A DNA stretch of 63,839 nt, the filler included. It is 5 parts of 5 records of this genome, joined end to end, with 100 filler letters (N's around TTAATTAATTAA, not from the genome) between each part and the next. Parts side by side here need not be neighbours in the genome. Positions count along the whole stretch, not along the records: positions 17,306 to 29,503 come from SRR2962707_3458; positions 29,604 to 49,102 come from SRR2962707_3463; 3 more parts are not named here. The stretch is one strand, 5' to 3'. Below are positions 26,401-35,513 of this stretch, one piece after another. Made by a program: the position numbers and the translations under genes. Under the pieces are notes generated by a model that saw nothing but the letters and a program-made list of their open reading frames with translations, had not been told where the DNA came from and did not search any database. Each line of letters begins with the position of its first letter. Position 1 is the first letter of the stretch.

Positions 26401-29079
26401 TGAGAAACTAAGTGCACGCGGATCAACTGCCATTGCAGTGACCATCGCGGGATCGATTTGCGACCAAGTCCGCTGCAGTGTCAAAGCCTTCAGCAACGCT
26501 TTCAGTGCCGTTTCTGGCAAAGTCTTCGGGTCGGCGGCTTGGGTCAGCCCGGACCCATCAGCAACGAGGGGTGCCAATAAAAGTTCGGCGAGCCGCCGAC
26601 GCTGACCTGCGGCAACACATGGCGCAGACGAAAGGAACAGCCGCCACCGTGCCGCTAAGATTACCCGGCGAAGCAATGGCGGTTTTAGTCCGGTTGCTTC
26701 AATTTGGTCAACAACGGCAAGGTCCCAATTTTGAACCTCACGCACAAGCCATCGGAACGTGGGTGACAGTTCTTCAAGTTCTGACAAGTCAGGTGAAGTT
26801 CTAGGTGGAGGACTCGTAGAAATTGAAGCAGCTCCTCGCTTGGATGGCCCAGCACTTCGACCAGTGCTGTCGTCGCTTTTGCCGCGGCCGCCACGACCTC
26901 CGCGCCCACCGCGCCCTCCGCGACCAGTCTTTGGGCTGGTGCCGGATTCAGGAACCACACTTCCTGGACGACTGTTCATGGGTGATTCACACCCGAGGAT
27001 ATTGGCGGCCACAATGAACAACTGGCTCCGACCCGATTCCGCCAAGGATTGAGCAGGGATAAAACTTGTGCCTTGTTTCGGAGGTGAATCGGCATTCGGA
27101 GAACCGATGGAGTCTGGTTGAAGGTTGATGGTGGTGCTTATCAGCGGGTCAATGCCAACATCATCTGTCATTGGGGGCGACAACTGCGGAATACTTGCAA
27201 AGGTTCCAGCATCGCGAGTACCGGCCTCGTTCGTCATGTGCATACTAGGCACCGCAGGGGTTAGGGTGATAAAAGTTGCTGGGAGCGTTGGAAAGTACCT
27301 TGCGAGGTTTGTCCGCCACTTTTCCAGGCGCCCGACAGGAACAACTACTAACAATCGCTGTGGCGGTCCAGATGCGGTCTCTGTGCTGCCAGCCTCGGTA
27401 CCATTTCGTGTGCTGCCGACTGCCCCTTCTGTCCGTGTGTGGGTGGCAGCGACTCGTGCAAGAAATTGCAAGGTCACGAACGTTTTGCCAAGTCCCCGCA
27501 CATCCGCATACACAGACGGCACATCGCTAGCAAAACTATCGAGTAACCAACGCAAGGCTTGAGCCTGGAACGGTAAGAGACAGAGCTCGCCGCCAGCAGG
27601 AACAAACTGTTCATTGGAGTGAAACAGGTTCGTTTTCAAAGCAACACCTGCCTTGCTCACTACATCTGCAGGACGCGCACGAGGAGGACCGCCAGGCGCC
27701 GGTGTTGCGCCACTTGTCGCAGCTGCATCGGCGATAGGCAGTGACGGCTTCGATTTTGCACACCAGTTGGGCAGAGTAGAAAATGCTGGCTCTGGAGACA
27801 GCTCAACTGGCTCACCTCCCTGCCACAAGCTTCCTGGTCGAACCGGCGGCAGTAGCCTCGCAGACTGGCTCACCGACCTCTTCGTGTGTGATGCTGCATC
27901 AGCCGCGCCACTTTGTCGGAACGCACGGCTAACGGCCGGCTGAGCTAAAATAGAACGACTGCTGCCGGGGCGGCTGCCGGGATTGGCGTCGGGGTTATGA
28001 TTTGGGGAGTCGCGGTCCGTAGACGCCGAGGTGGAAACTCCCACACAAACACCATCATTTTTCGAAGTGCTGGACACAACGACAGCTGGCGTGGCGCCAG
28101 GGTGTGAATTGGCACAGGCTTGGTCCAGGTCCAATGAAGAGTTTGTAAGCGCATCTGCAGGGGAGGCTGTTTTCGAATCTGCGAGAACCGTATGATTCCC
28201 AATGACTGCATGGCGAACGGTGTCTGTTGCCGATGTTTCCAAACTAGACACTACAGTTGCGGCCTGGGCGGCAAAAAAGGTGGCGGCCGAGCGGTGCCAC
28301 TTGCGTTCTTCATGAAAATCTGTCGCCATCCAGCGCATTTCTTCGAGCAGCTTGTCCCAGCCTGTGGTGCGAGATGGCACAAATGTTTGGGTTGGAGGAA
28401 GCGACCGGGCTAGACGAATTCTCCTCAGCTGGCGAACCGCCACGGCTTGAGCCTGCAACAATTGTGCCGGTGTCTGCTGCTTTGGCATGCGTGGTTTCGT
28501 TGGATCCACGAATCGCCTTGCAAAATCCAATGGTTGCACGGTGAAGCTACTGGCAGACGTTCCAATGCCCTTGGGCGATACTGTACCCTTGGCACTAGAG
28601 CTGCCATTTCCTCGCTGACTAGATGGTGGTTTACCCTTGGACGTTCCACCAAGGTCTGATGCGGAGCTGCTTGACGTGTTGGCAGCAGAAGTTTTGGAAG
28701 CACTGCTTTTCCGCTTGCGCTTCGTCGGTTTCTTGGCACCGGAGTTTCCTGCATTGCCAGAGCTCGCGCCTCCCGCCCCCCCGCCTCGTTTCCTCGGCGC
28801 AGTAGTTGACGTACTGTTTTTCGTGCTGCTACTTTTGGTGCTGCCTTTGGCGCCGCTTTTCGAGTTTCGTTTGGCTTTGCTCTTGGCCTTTGATTTGGGA
28901 GCTGCTTTCGAGCCGGTCGAAGACGACTTCGACGCAAACGGCGGAAACGAAGCCGGGAAGCCCCCAGAGCCGAGCGTGGGTGACTTATTCGCCGACGCTG
29001 CTGGCGTCCTCGACATGCCTCCGAATGGCGTATTGAGCTGCTGCCAATACGACTGCCCACCTCGCTTGTCCGAAGACAT
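17459..29079 (-). CDS. SWR1/PIE1/p400-like chromatin remodeler homolog: HSA + degenerate split SNF2 ATPase + SANT/Myb (7 exons, ~3610 aa)
   Basis: Exons 29079-25696, 25567-23432, 23320-22857, 22764-22483, 22332-19714, 19549-19121 and 18977-17459 (GT-AG, 10833 nt in frame; the 19713 donor is the least certain). HSA: WDKLLEEMRWMATDFHEERKW. SNF2-N: LLPFQAQALRWL...ADVRGLGKT...LLVVVP...WDLAVVDQ...RLFLSSAP. Helicase-C: SSGKFRTMLAQL...LDAAYEFL...DSVLFLE. SANT: WQDWEDTML...GPNYSLMAKAL...RTPRNCERR. Confidence 0.8.
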
Positions 29080-29503
29080 TCTACGCACGGAACACGCACG
29101 CACGAACACACCAAGCACACACAACGTGTACGTGTGAACAAAGCACGAAACTGCAACTCAACCACTTTGAGCACCTCGTCACACAAGAGGCAACGAATGC
29201 TTCTTGCAAAAGCAACAACAGCAACAACAAAATCCAAAAAGCAAAGAAGAAAGCGAGAAACACAAACAAAAAAAACAAAAAAAGCAAAGCGTACCTTCTC
29301 CGCTCTTCACATAATCATTGGCATGCTAGCCCGAAAAAATGCGCAAACCAAAAAAGTAAAAAAAATAAAATAAATCGAAAGAGCGCCACAGAGCGCCACA
29401 CAAAGTGAGAGGGCCTCAACTCCCGACAGGAAGCGGCCGGAAAATCGAGCAATCTTAACGATAAAAACACGAGAACAACAACAACAACAACGACGACGAC
29501 AAC

Positions 29504-29603
29504 NNNNNNNNNNNNNNNNNNNNNNNNNNNNNNNNNNNNNNNNNNNNTTAATTAATTAANNNNNNNNNNNNNNNNNNNNNNNNNNNNNNNNNNNNNNNNN
29601 NNN
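29504..29603. other. Artificial contig-joining linker (eukaryote to bacterium junction)
   Basis: 44 N + TTAATTAATTAA + 44 N; abrupt switch to AT-rich, intronless, gene-dense DNA. Confidence 0.98.
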
Positions 29604-29743
29604 CTCTACGTCGAAATGGATTAAATTATTTTCTAATAAATACCTCGTAGGCTTACCTCGAGGGAGTTTATTTAATGTAGAAGCATTAGTGTAGCACTAA
29701 TGATCTAATATGTGTTTTAATTATGTAAGAACTTAATAAATAT

Positions 29744-30760
29744 TTACTTTCTTATAAAATCGGAAACTAGATAAGCTATTGCTTTACCAACTAAGTTTTT
29801 TTCTCGTTCGTTTTCCATAATCGGAGCAGCTTCACAAATATGGAGATAAGAAATGTTTTTTGCCTTTTTACTTTTAAATATAATTTCTCTCACAGTATTA
29901 AGAGGCAATCCTGAGCTTGTAATGGCACTACTAGGCATTCCTTCTATGGAATCCATATCTATTTCTAGTCCAAATTTAGAAGGTTTTACAAAATCAATCG
30001 CTTCTTTTATTTCAAAATCAAAGCCTTTTTCGCAACGCACATACAGTTCTTCAAAAGTATTGTATTTAATTCGAGGCTCCTTCTCTAGGGTTTTAAATAC
30101 TTTTTTTGAAGTATAGTTTTCATGAAGCCCAAAGATAAAGTAATTTTCTAAAAATCCTTCATGAAAAGCATAGGAGAATCCGTTTCCGCTATGTCGACCT
30201 TCACGTTTTCTAAAATCGGTATGTGCATCTATATTAAGGCAATTTATAGCATTTCCATAAGCCAATGAAGCGCCTTTTAATATTCCGTAGGCATTATTAT
30301 GTCCGCCGCCAATAACAATAGGTTTCTTTCCGCTAGTAACAATTTTATGGATTATATTAGTCACTTCCGTATCTATAAGAGCGGTGATATTACGAGCTTC
30401 TTCAATTTGTTCCTCTCCTGAAAGGGCATCAATTTTTTTTAATTCAGAAGAAAAATCTAAATGCCCTAATAATAAAACTTTATTACCTTTTGTGTATTGG
30501 TTATTTTGAATATTTAAAATATATGGCAATGCTGCTTCCCAAGCATTTCTTGTTCCAGGCTTTCCTAAATTTGCTATTACCCCAATATCTTCGGGAATTC
30601 CCATTAAAACATATTTAGTTTCTGAAGCTGATAATTGAGAAACAAGGGAATCGTTCTCATGTAATAATTCTATATGTTCCCCTAATTTTTGCTCTCCTTT
30701 TCTAGGAGCAATTAAAGGGGTGATTTTTTTTAAATCGTAACTAACCAAATTTGAAGACAT
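29744..30760 (-). CDS. hutG: Formimidoylglutamase (arginase/ureohydrolase family)
   Basis: GIPEDIGVIANLG, IGGGHNNAYG, NIDAHTDFR, HSGNGFS, EIDMDSI and HICE motifs. Confidence 0.88.
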   Translation of the reverse strand: MSSNLVSYDLKKITPLIAPRKGEQKLGEHIELLHENDSLVSQLSASETKYVLMGIPEDIGVIANLGKPGTRNAWEAALPYILNIQNNQYTKGNKVLLLGHLDFSSELKKIDALSGEEQIEEARNITALIDTEVTNIIHKIVTSGKKPIVIGGGHNNAYGILKGASLAYGNAINCLNIDAHTDFRKREGRHSGNGFSYAFHEGFLENYFIFGLHENYTSKKVFKTLEKEPRIKYNTFEELYVRCEKGFDFEIKEAIDFVKPSKFGLEIDMDSIEGMPSSAITSSGLPLNTVREIIFKSKKAKNISYLHICEAAPIMENEREKNLVGKAIAYLVSDFIRK

Positions 30761-31000
30761 ACTGTATATTTATTATAAAGCTGTAAACGTTTTTATCAAA
30801 AGATAATCTATGAACTCGTTGAAATTTTCAGGAAATAGAAAAAGTTTAAATGAGTTCCATATGTAAATGTTAAAAAAAAACTGATATGATACAATAAAAT
30901 AGTTTTAAAAAATCTATTTTTAACTTTTAAACGTATATAATTCGTAAGGCATAGAAAAGAATGACTATTTTGCCATACCAAATTTTTAAATAAACAACTT

Positions 31001-31903
31001 ATGACAGAAACAAAATCCAATAATGGTTTAAAAGTAATAGCAGGACTACTTGCTGCTGCTTTGATAGGAACTCTTATTTATACAGCAAGCCTGTATAACA
31101 GTAAAAAAGAGACTACTAATAAGCTTAACAAAGAAAAAAATCTTGTTATTGAAGATTTGAATAATTTGAAATCTGATTATGATAGGGCTATTTCTGAAAG
31201 TGAATCAGCAAATGCTGAATTGGTAGAAGCACGAAATAAAATTGCAACCTATATAGATTCTGTACAGCAAATGAAAGCAGACATTAGTTCGCTTTCTAGA
31301 TATAGAAGACAAGTACAACAACTTACCAAAGAGCGTGAATTTTTGTTAACTCAAAACGATTCTTTAAGAGCTTCAAATACGTTGTTGGCTATGCAAAGAG
31401 ATAGTACAAAAACTGCTTTACAGGAACAATCTATGTTTACAGATTCTTTAATTATGCAAAACACTCAGCTTTCTAAAGTTGTAGAAACAGGAGCTGCTTT
31501 AGGGTTGGCTAAGTTTTCTGCGGAAGCTGTTAAAGAGCGTAATAGTGGTAAAATTGTTTCTGTAAACAATAATAGAAGAGCAGACAAATTAAAAATTTGT
31601 TACACAGTTGGAGCTAATAAAATTACAAAACCTGGAGCTAAACAATTCTATATTCAAGTAACAGATCCATCTGGAACAATTATGGGAGAGCGTGCTGTAG
31701 CTGCAAAAGAAGGTACAGAAACATCAGAACCTATAAGTATAACTTACAGTAAAGCTTCTAGTTTTTACTATGAAAACACTGTTTTAGATGTATGTGACTT
31801 TATTAATAAAGAAGGAGAAGATTTTGCTGAAGGAAAATACAGTGTTGTGGTTTACGACCAGAATTTAAAAGAATTAGGGTCGACACAATTTGACTTAAAA
31901 TAA
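31001..31903 (+). CDS. Membrane-anchored coiled-coil protein with C-terminal beta-rich domain (conserved hypothetical)
   Basis: N-terminal TM (VIAGLLAAALIGTLIYTASLY), long heptad-rich helix, C-terminal beta-strand pattern; 300-aa ORF in AT-rich DNA. Confidence 0.75.
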   Translation: MTETKSNNGLKVIAGLLAAALIGTLIYTASLYNSKKETTNKLNKEKNLVIEDLNNLKSDYDRAISESESANAELVEARNKIATYIDSVQQMKADISSLSRYRRQVQQLTKEREFLLTQNDSLRASNTLLAMQRDSTKTALQEQSMFTDSLIMQNTQLSKVVETGAALGLAKFSAEAVKERNSGKIVSVNNNRRADKLKICYTVGANKITKPGAKQFYIQVTDPSGTIMGERAVAAKEGTETSEPISITYSKASSFYYENTVLDVCDFINKEGEDFAEGKYSVVVYDQNLKELGSTQFDLK

Positions 31904-31956
31904 ACTTACTAGATATATAAATATCGAGTAAAAAAACTCAACTAACCAATTAATTT

Positions 31957-31990
31957 AAGAAAGCATCGGGATATCTCTCGATGCTTTCTT
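31957..31990. terminator. Bidirectional intrinsic terminator
   Basis: AAGAAAGCATCG-GGATATCTCT-CGATGCTTTCTT inverted repeat between convergent genes. Confidence 0.8.
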
Positions 31991-32490
31991 TATGTTAGTT
32001 GTTCAAGAATTTCGGTAACAATCTCTTCTGGAGTATCTGCTATATTTACAGTTATTGCATGTTTTGGAGGCTGTAAGGTCTCAAATTGGGATTTTAGTAG
32101 GGCTATAGGCATAAAATGAGAAACTCTGCCTGCAAGTCTTTCTTCAATTAACTTGAAGTCGCCTAACAAATAAATAAACTCTGTGCTTTTTTCAATATCT
32201 TTTCTGAGAATTTTTCGATAAGAACCTTTTAAAGCAGAACAAGCAATAATACAGCTTGTGTTAGCTTCTATTTGTTCTATACAGAATTCGTTTATCTTTT
32301 CTAGCCATCCCAATCTGTCATCATCATTTAGAGGATGTCCAGCTTTCATTTTTTTGATATTTTCTTCAGGATGAAAATCATCTCCATCATAAAAAGGAAT
32401 TCCTGTTTTTTCTGAAAGTAATTCCCCAATGGTAGTCTTTCCAGACCCAGAAACTCCCATAACTATTATGGCCTTAGGTTTTGGTAACAT
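31990..32490 (-). CDS. gntK: Gluconokinase (GntK/IdnK family)
   Basis: MGVSGSGKTT P-loop, DGDDFHPEENIKKMKAGHPLNDDDRLGWL, ACSALK, HFMP..LLKSQFETL; start placed at ATG 32490. Confidence 0.92.
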   Translation of the reverse strand: MLPKPKAIIVMGVSGSGKTTIGELLSEKTGIPFYDGDDFHPEENIKKMKAGHPLNDDDRLGWLEKINEFCIEQIEANTSCIIACSALKGSYRKILRKDIEKSTEFIYLLGDFKLIEERLAGRVSHFMPIALLKSQFETLQPPKHAITVNIADTPEEIVTEILEQLT

Positions 32491-32592
32491 ATTAAATATA
32501 TATGACACAAGATATAATTTTATTTGAAAAGAAACATTTTTGAGCATCGTAAAATTTGATATTCTTGATAAGAATACCTTCTTGTAAAATGG

Positions 32593-32600
32593 TAATTTTG
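32593..32600 (+). promoter_or_regulatory. Bacteroidota sigma70 -7 element (TAnnTTTG)
   Basis: TAATTTTG ending 4 nt before the EamA start codon, implying a very short or absent leader. Confidence 0.55.
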
Positions 32601-32604
32601 GATA

Positions 32605-33516
32605 ATGAAAAACTCAAAGAAATTACCTCTTGTTATTTTAATCGGAATTTTAGGTGTAGTGTTGTTTTCGGCCAAAGCTGTAATGGTTAAATTAGCGTAT
32701 CAGTATAATGTAAGCGCAGTAAATTTATTGATGTTTAGAATGCTTTTTGCATTACCTTTTTATATTGCTGTGCTTCTTTTTACAAAAAAGGAATCTGAAA
32801 AACTCCCAAGCAAAAATTATGTATGGTTAATTGTATTTGGTTTTATAGGATATTATTTGGCGAGTTATTTTGATTTTGTAGGACTTCAATATATAAAAGC
32901 GAGTATAGAGAGAATTATTCTATTTATTTATCCTACCATAGTTTTATTGCTCTCTAGTATCTTTTTAAAGCGTCCTATTAGTAGGGTGCAGGTGTTTGCC
33001 ATATCAATAACTTATATAGGAATTATTATTGCTTTCTGGGACGAAATAAGTGTGGATGGAGCACAATTTCTCTTGGGTGCAGGATTTATTTTTTTAAGCG
33101 CCATAACTTATGCATCATACTTGGTGGGAAGCGATTGGTTAATTCCAAAGTTTGGAGTGGTTAGGTTTACATCTTATGCTATGATTGTGTCTTGTGTAAG
33201 CGTAATACTACATTATAGCCTCTTTGAGCATACATCTTTACTTGGATACCATCCAAATGTATATTGGTTAGGGTTAGCAATGGCTTTTTTCTCCACTGTA
33301 ATTCCTTCTTATTTGGTGTCCTATTGTATTAAAGAGATTGGGGCTTCAAATTTTTCAATTTTAGCAGGATTAGGTCCTATATCAACTATTATTTTAGCAT
33401 CTATTTTTTTAGGAGAACGTTTAACGTTACTTCAATTTGGAGGTGCAATTTTGGTAATTGTAGGAATAATTGTAGTGTCTTTAAATAAATCAACTTACAA
33501 AAAATCAGGTTCTTAA
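32605..33516 (+). CDS. DMT/EamA family transporter
   Basis: About 10 hydrophobic segments in two repeats; GLQYIKASIERIILFIYP and LGERLT motifs. Confidence 0.9.
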   Translation: MKNSKKLPLVILIGILGVVLFSAKAVMVKLAYQYNVSAVNLLMFRMLFALPFYIAVLLFTKKESEKLPSKNYVWLIVFGFIGYYLASYFDFVGLQYIKASIERIILFIYPTIVLLLSSIFLKRPISRVQVFAISITYIGIIIAFWDEISVDGAQFLLGAGFIFLSAITYASYLVGSDWLIPKFGVVRFTSYAMIVSCVSVILHYSLFEHTSLLGYHPNVYWLGLAMAFFSTVIPSYLVSYCIKEIGASNFSILAGLGPISTIILASIFLGERLTLLQFGGAILVIVGIIVVSLNKSTYKKSGS

Positions 33517-33615
33517 CAATTTTCAGCAAAAGCTTGTTAATTACTTTACTGATGCAGGGTTTCATTTTAAGTAGCTATACATTATATTAGCAACAAAACC
33601 CATCTCTAATATTTT

Positions 33616-35469
33616 ATGTCGGAAATTACTAAGTATACAGAAGACAATATACGTTCGTTAGACTGGAAGGAGCATATCCGCATGCGTCCTGGTATGTATA
33701 TTGGGAAATTAGGCGATGGTTCTTCTGCAGACGACGGAATTTATATCCTCATAAAGGAAGTACTCGATAACTGTATCGATGAATTCGTTATGGGTGCAGG
33801 AAAAACCATTGAAGTTTCTATTCAGGGAAATAAAGTTATTGTACGCGATTATGGACGAGGGATTCCATTAGGAAAAGTGGTAGATGTTGTATCTAAAATG
33901 AATACCGGTGGGAAATACGATTCTAGAGCCTTTAAAAAATCGGTTGGTCTAAACGGAGTTGGTACCAAAGCGGTAAATGCTCTTTCTTCTTCTTTTAGAG
34001 TCGAATCAAATCGAGATAACAAATCTAAGGCGGCAGAATTTGAGCAAGGAAACCTTGTAAATGAAGAAGAATTAGACGAAACAAGTAGGCGGAGAGGAAC
34101 AAAAGTTTCCTTTATCCCAGATGACACCATTTTTAAAAACTACAAATTCAGAAATGAATATGTAGAAAAAATGATTCGAAATTACGTATATCTTAATCCA
34201 GGGTTAACCATTATTTTTAATGGAGAAAAGTTTTATTCTGAAAATGGATTAAAAGATTTATTGGAAGATACTACCAATAAAGAAGATATGCTGTATCCAA
34301 TTATTCATTTGCGTGGGGACGATATCGAAGTAGCAATAACTCACAGTAGAACGCAGTATAGCGAAGAATATCACTCTTTTGTAAACGGACAAAATACAAC
34401 CCAAGGTGGAACGCATTTGGCTGCTTTTAGAGAAGCAATTGTTAAAACATTACGCGATTTCTACGGAAAAAATTATGATGCTTCCGATATTAGAAAATCA
34501 GTTATTGCTGCTATTTCTATAAAAGTAATGGAGCCCGTTTTTGAAAGTCAGACAAAAACTAAATTAGGTTCTACAGATATGGGAGGCAATTTGCCAACGG
34601 TAAGAACCTATATCAACGATTTTGTAGGAACGCACCTTGATAATTTCTTACATAAGAATGCAGAAGTAGCCGATAAAATTCAGCGAAAAATTCTAGCAGC
34701 AGAGAGAGAACGTAAAGAGCTTTCTGGAATTAGAAAACTAGCTAAAGACAGGGCTAAAAAAGCAAGTTTGCACAATAAAAAGCTTCGCGATTGTAGAGTG
34801 CATCTGGGTGATACCAAAAACCAACGTTCTTTAGAAACTACTTTGTTTATAACAGAGGGAGATTCCGCTTCGGGATCCATTACCAAATCTAGAGACGTTA
34901 ATACACAAGCGGTATTTAGCTTACGTGGAAAGCCCTTGAATACCTACGGAATGACTAAAAAAATTGTGTATGAAAACGAGGAGTTTAATTTATTACAAGC
35001 GGCATTAAATATAGAAGAGTCAATGGAAGACCTTCGGTATAATAATATTGTAATAGCAACCGATGCCGATGTAGATGGAATGCACATCCGATTGTTGTTA
35101 ATTACTTTTTTCTTACAGTTTTTTCCTGAATTGATTAAAGAGGGACATTTGTATATTTTGCAAACTCCTTTGTTTAGAGTTCGTAATAAAAAAGAGACCA
35201 TCTATTGTTATAGTGAGGATGAAAGAAAAGAGGCAATTGAGAAGTTAATTGGGAAACCAGAAATAACTCGATTTAAAGGTTTGGGGGAAATTTCACCAGA
35301 TGAGTTTCAACATTTCATTGGAGATGATATTCGTTTAGACCCAGTAATGCTTGATAAATCAATGTCGATTGAAAGTTTATTAGAATTTTACATGGGGAAA
35401 AACACTCCCGATCGTCAAAAATTCATTATAAATAACCTTCGAGTAGAACTTGATGTAATAGAAGAATAA
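33616..35469 (+). CDS. parE: DNA topoisomerase IV subunit B
   Basis: [54 protein letters not shown] (TOPRIM), RFKGLGE; short Bacteroidota type, directly upstream of subunit A. Confidence 0.92.
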   Translation: MSEITKYTEDNIRSLDWKEHIRMRPGMYIGKLGDGSSADDGIYILIKEVLDNCIDEFVMGAGKTIEVSIQGNKVIVRDYGRGIPLGKVVDVVSKMNTGGKYDSRAFKKSVGLNGVGTKAVNALSSSFRVESNRDNKSKAAEFEQGNLVNEEELDETSRRRGTKVSFIPDDTIFKNYKFRNEYVEKMIRNYVYLNPGLTIIFNGEKFYSENGLKDLLEDTTNKEDMLYPIIHLRGDDIEVAITHSRTQYSEEYHSFVNGQNTTQGGTHLAAFREAIVKTLRDFYGKNYDASDIRKSVIAAISIKVMEPVFESQTKTKLGSTDMGGNLPTVRTYINDFVGTHLDNFLHKNAEVADKIQRKILAAERERKELSGIRKLAKDRAKKASLHNKKLRDCRVHLGDTKNQRSLETTLFITEGDSASGSITKSRDVNTQAVFSLRGKPLNTYGMTKKIVYENEEFNLLQAALNIEESMEDLRYNNIVIATDADVDGMHIRLLLITFFLQFFPELIKEGHLYILQTPLFRVRNKKETIYCYSEDERKEAIEKLIGKPEITRFKGLGEISPDEFQHFIGDDIRLDPVMLDKSMSIESLLEFYMGKNTPDRQKFIINNLRVELDVIEE

Positions 35470-35513
35470 TAGTTAAAAATCAGCTATTTAAAATAATACC
35501 CTACTAACCTTTT

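Noticed and set aside
17459-29124. Treating the 598, 197, 918, 148, 190, 765 and 1202 aa ORFs as separate genes
   Set aside because: GT-AG junctions with matching phases join them into one CDS with a coherent HSA-SNF2-SANT order.
29400-29760. Bacterial DNA inserted into a eukaryotic chromosome (HGT or endosymbiont integration)
   Set aside because: The junction is an artificial linker; there is no physical linkage.
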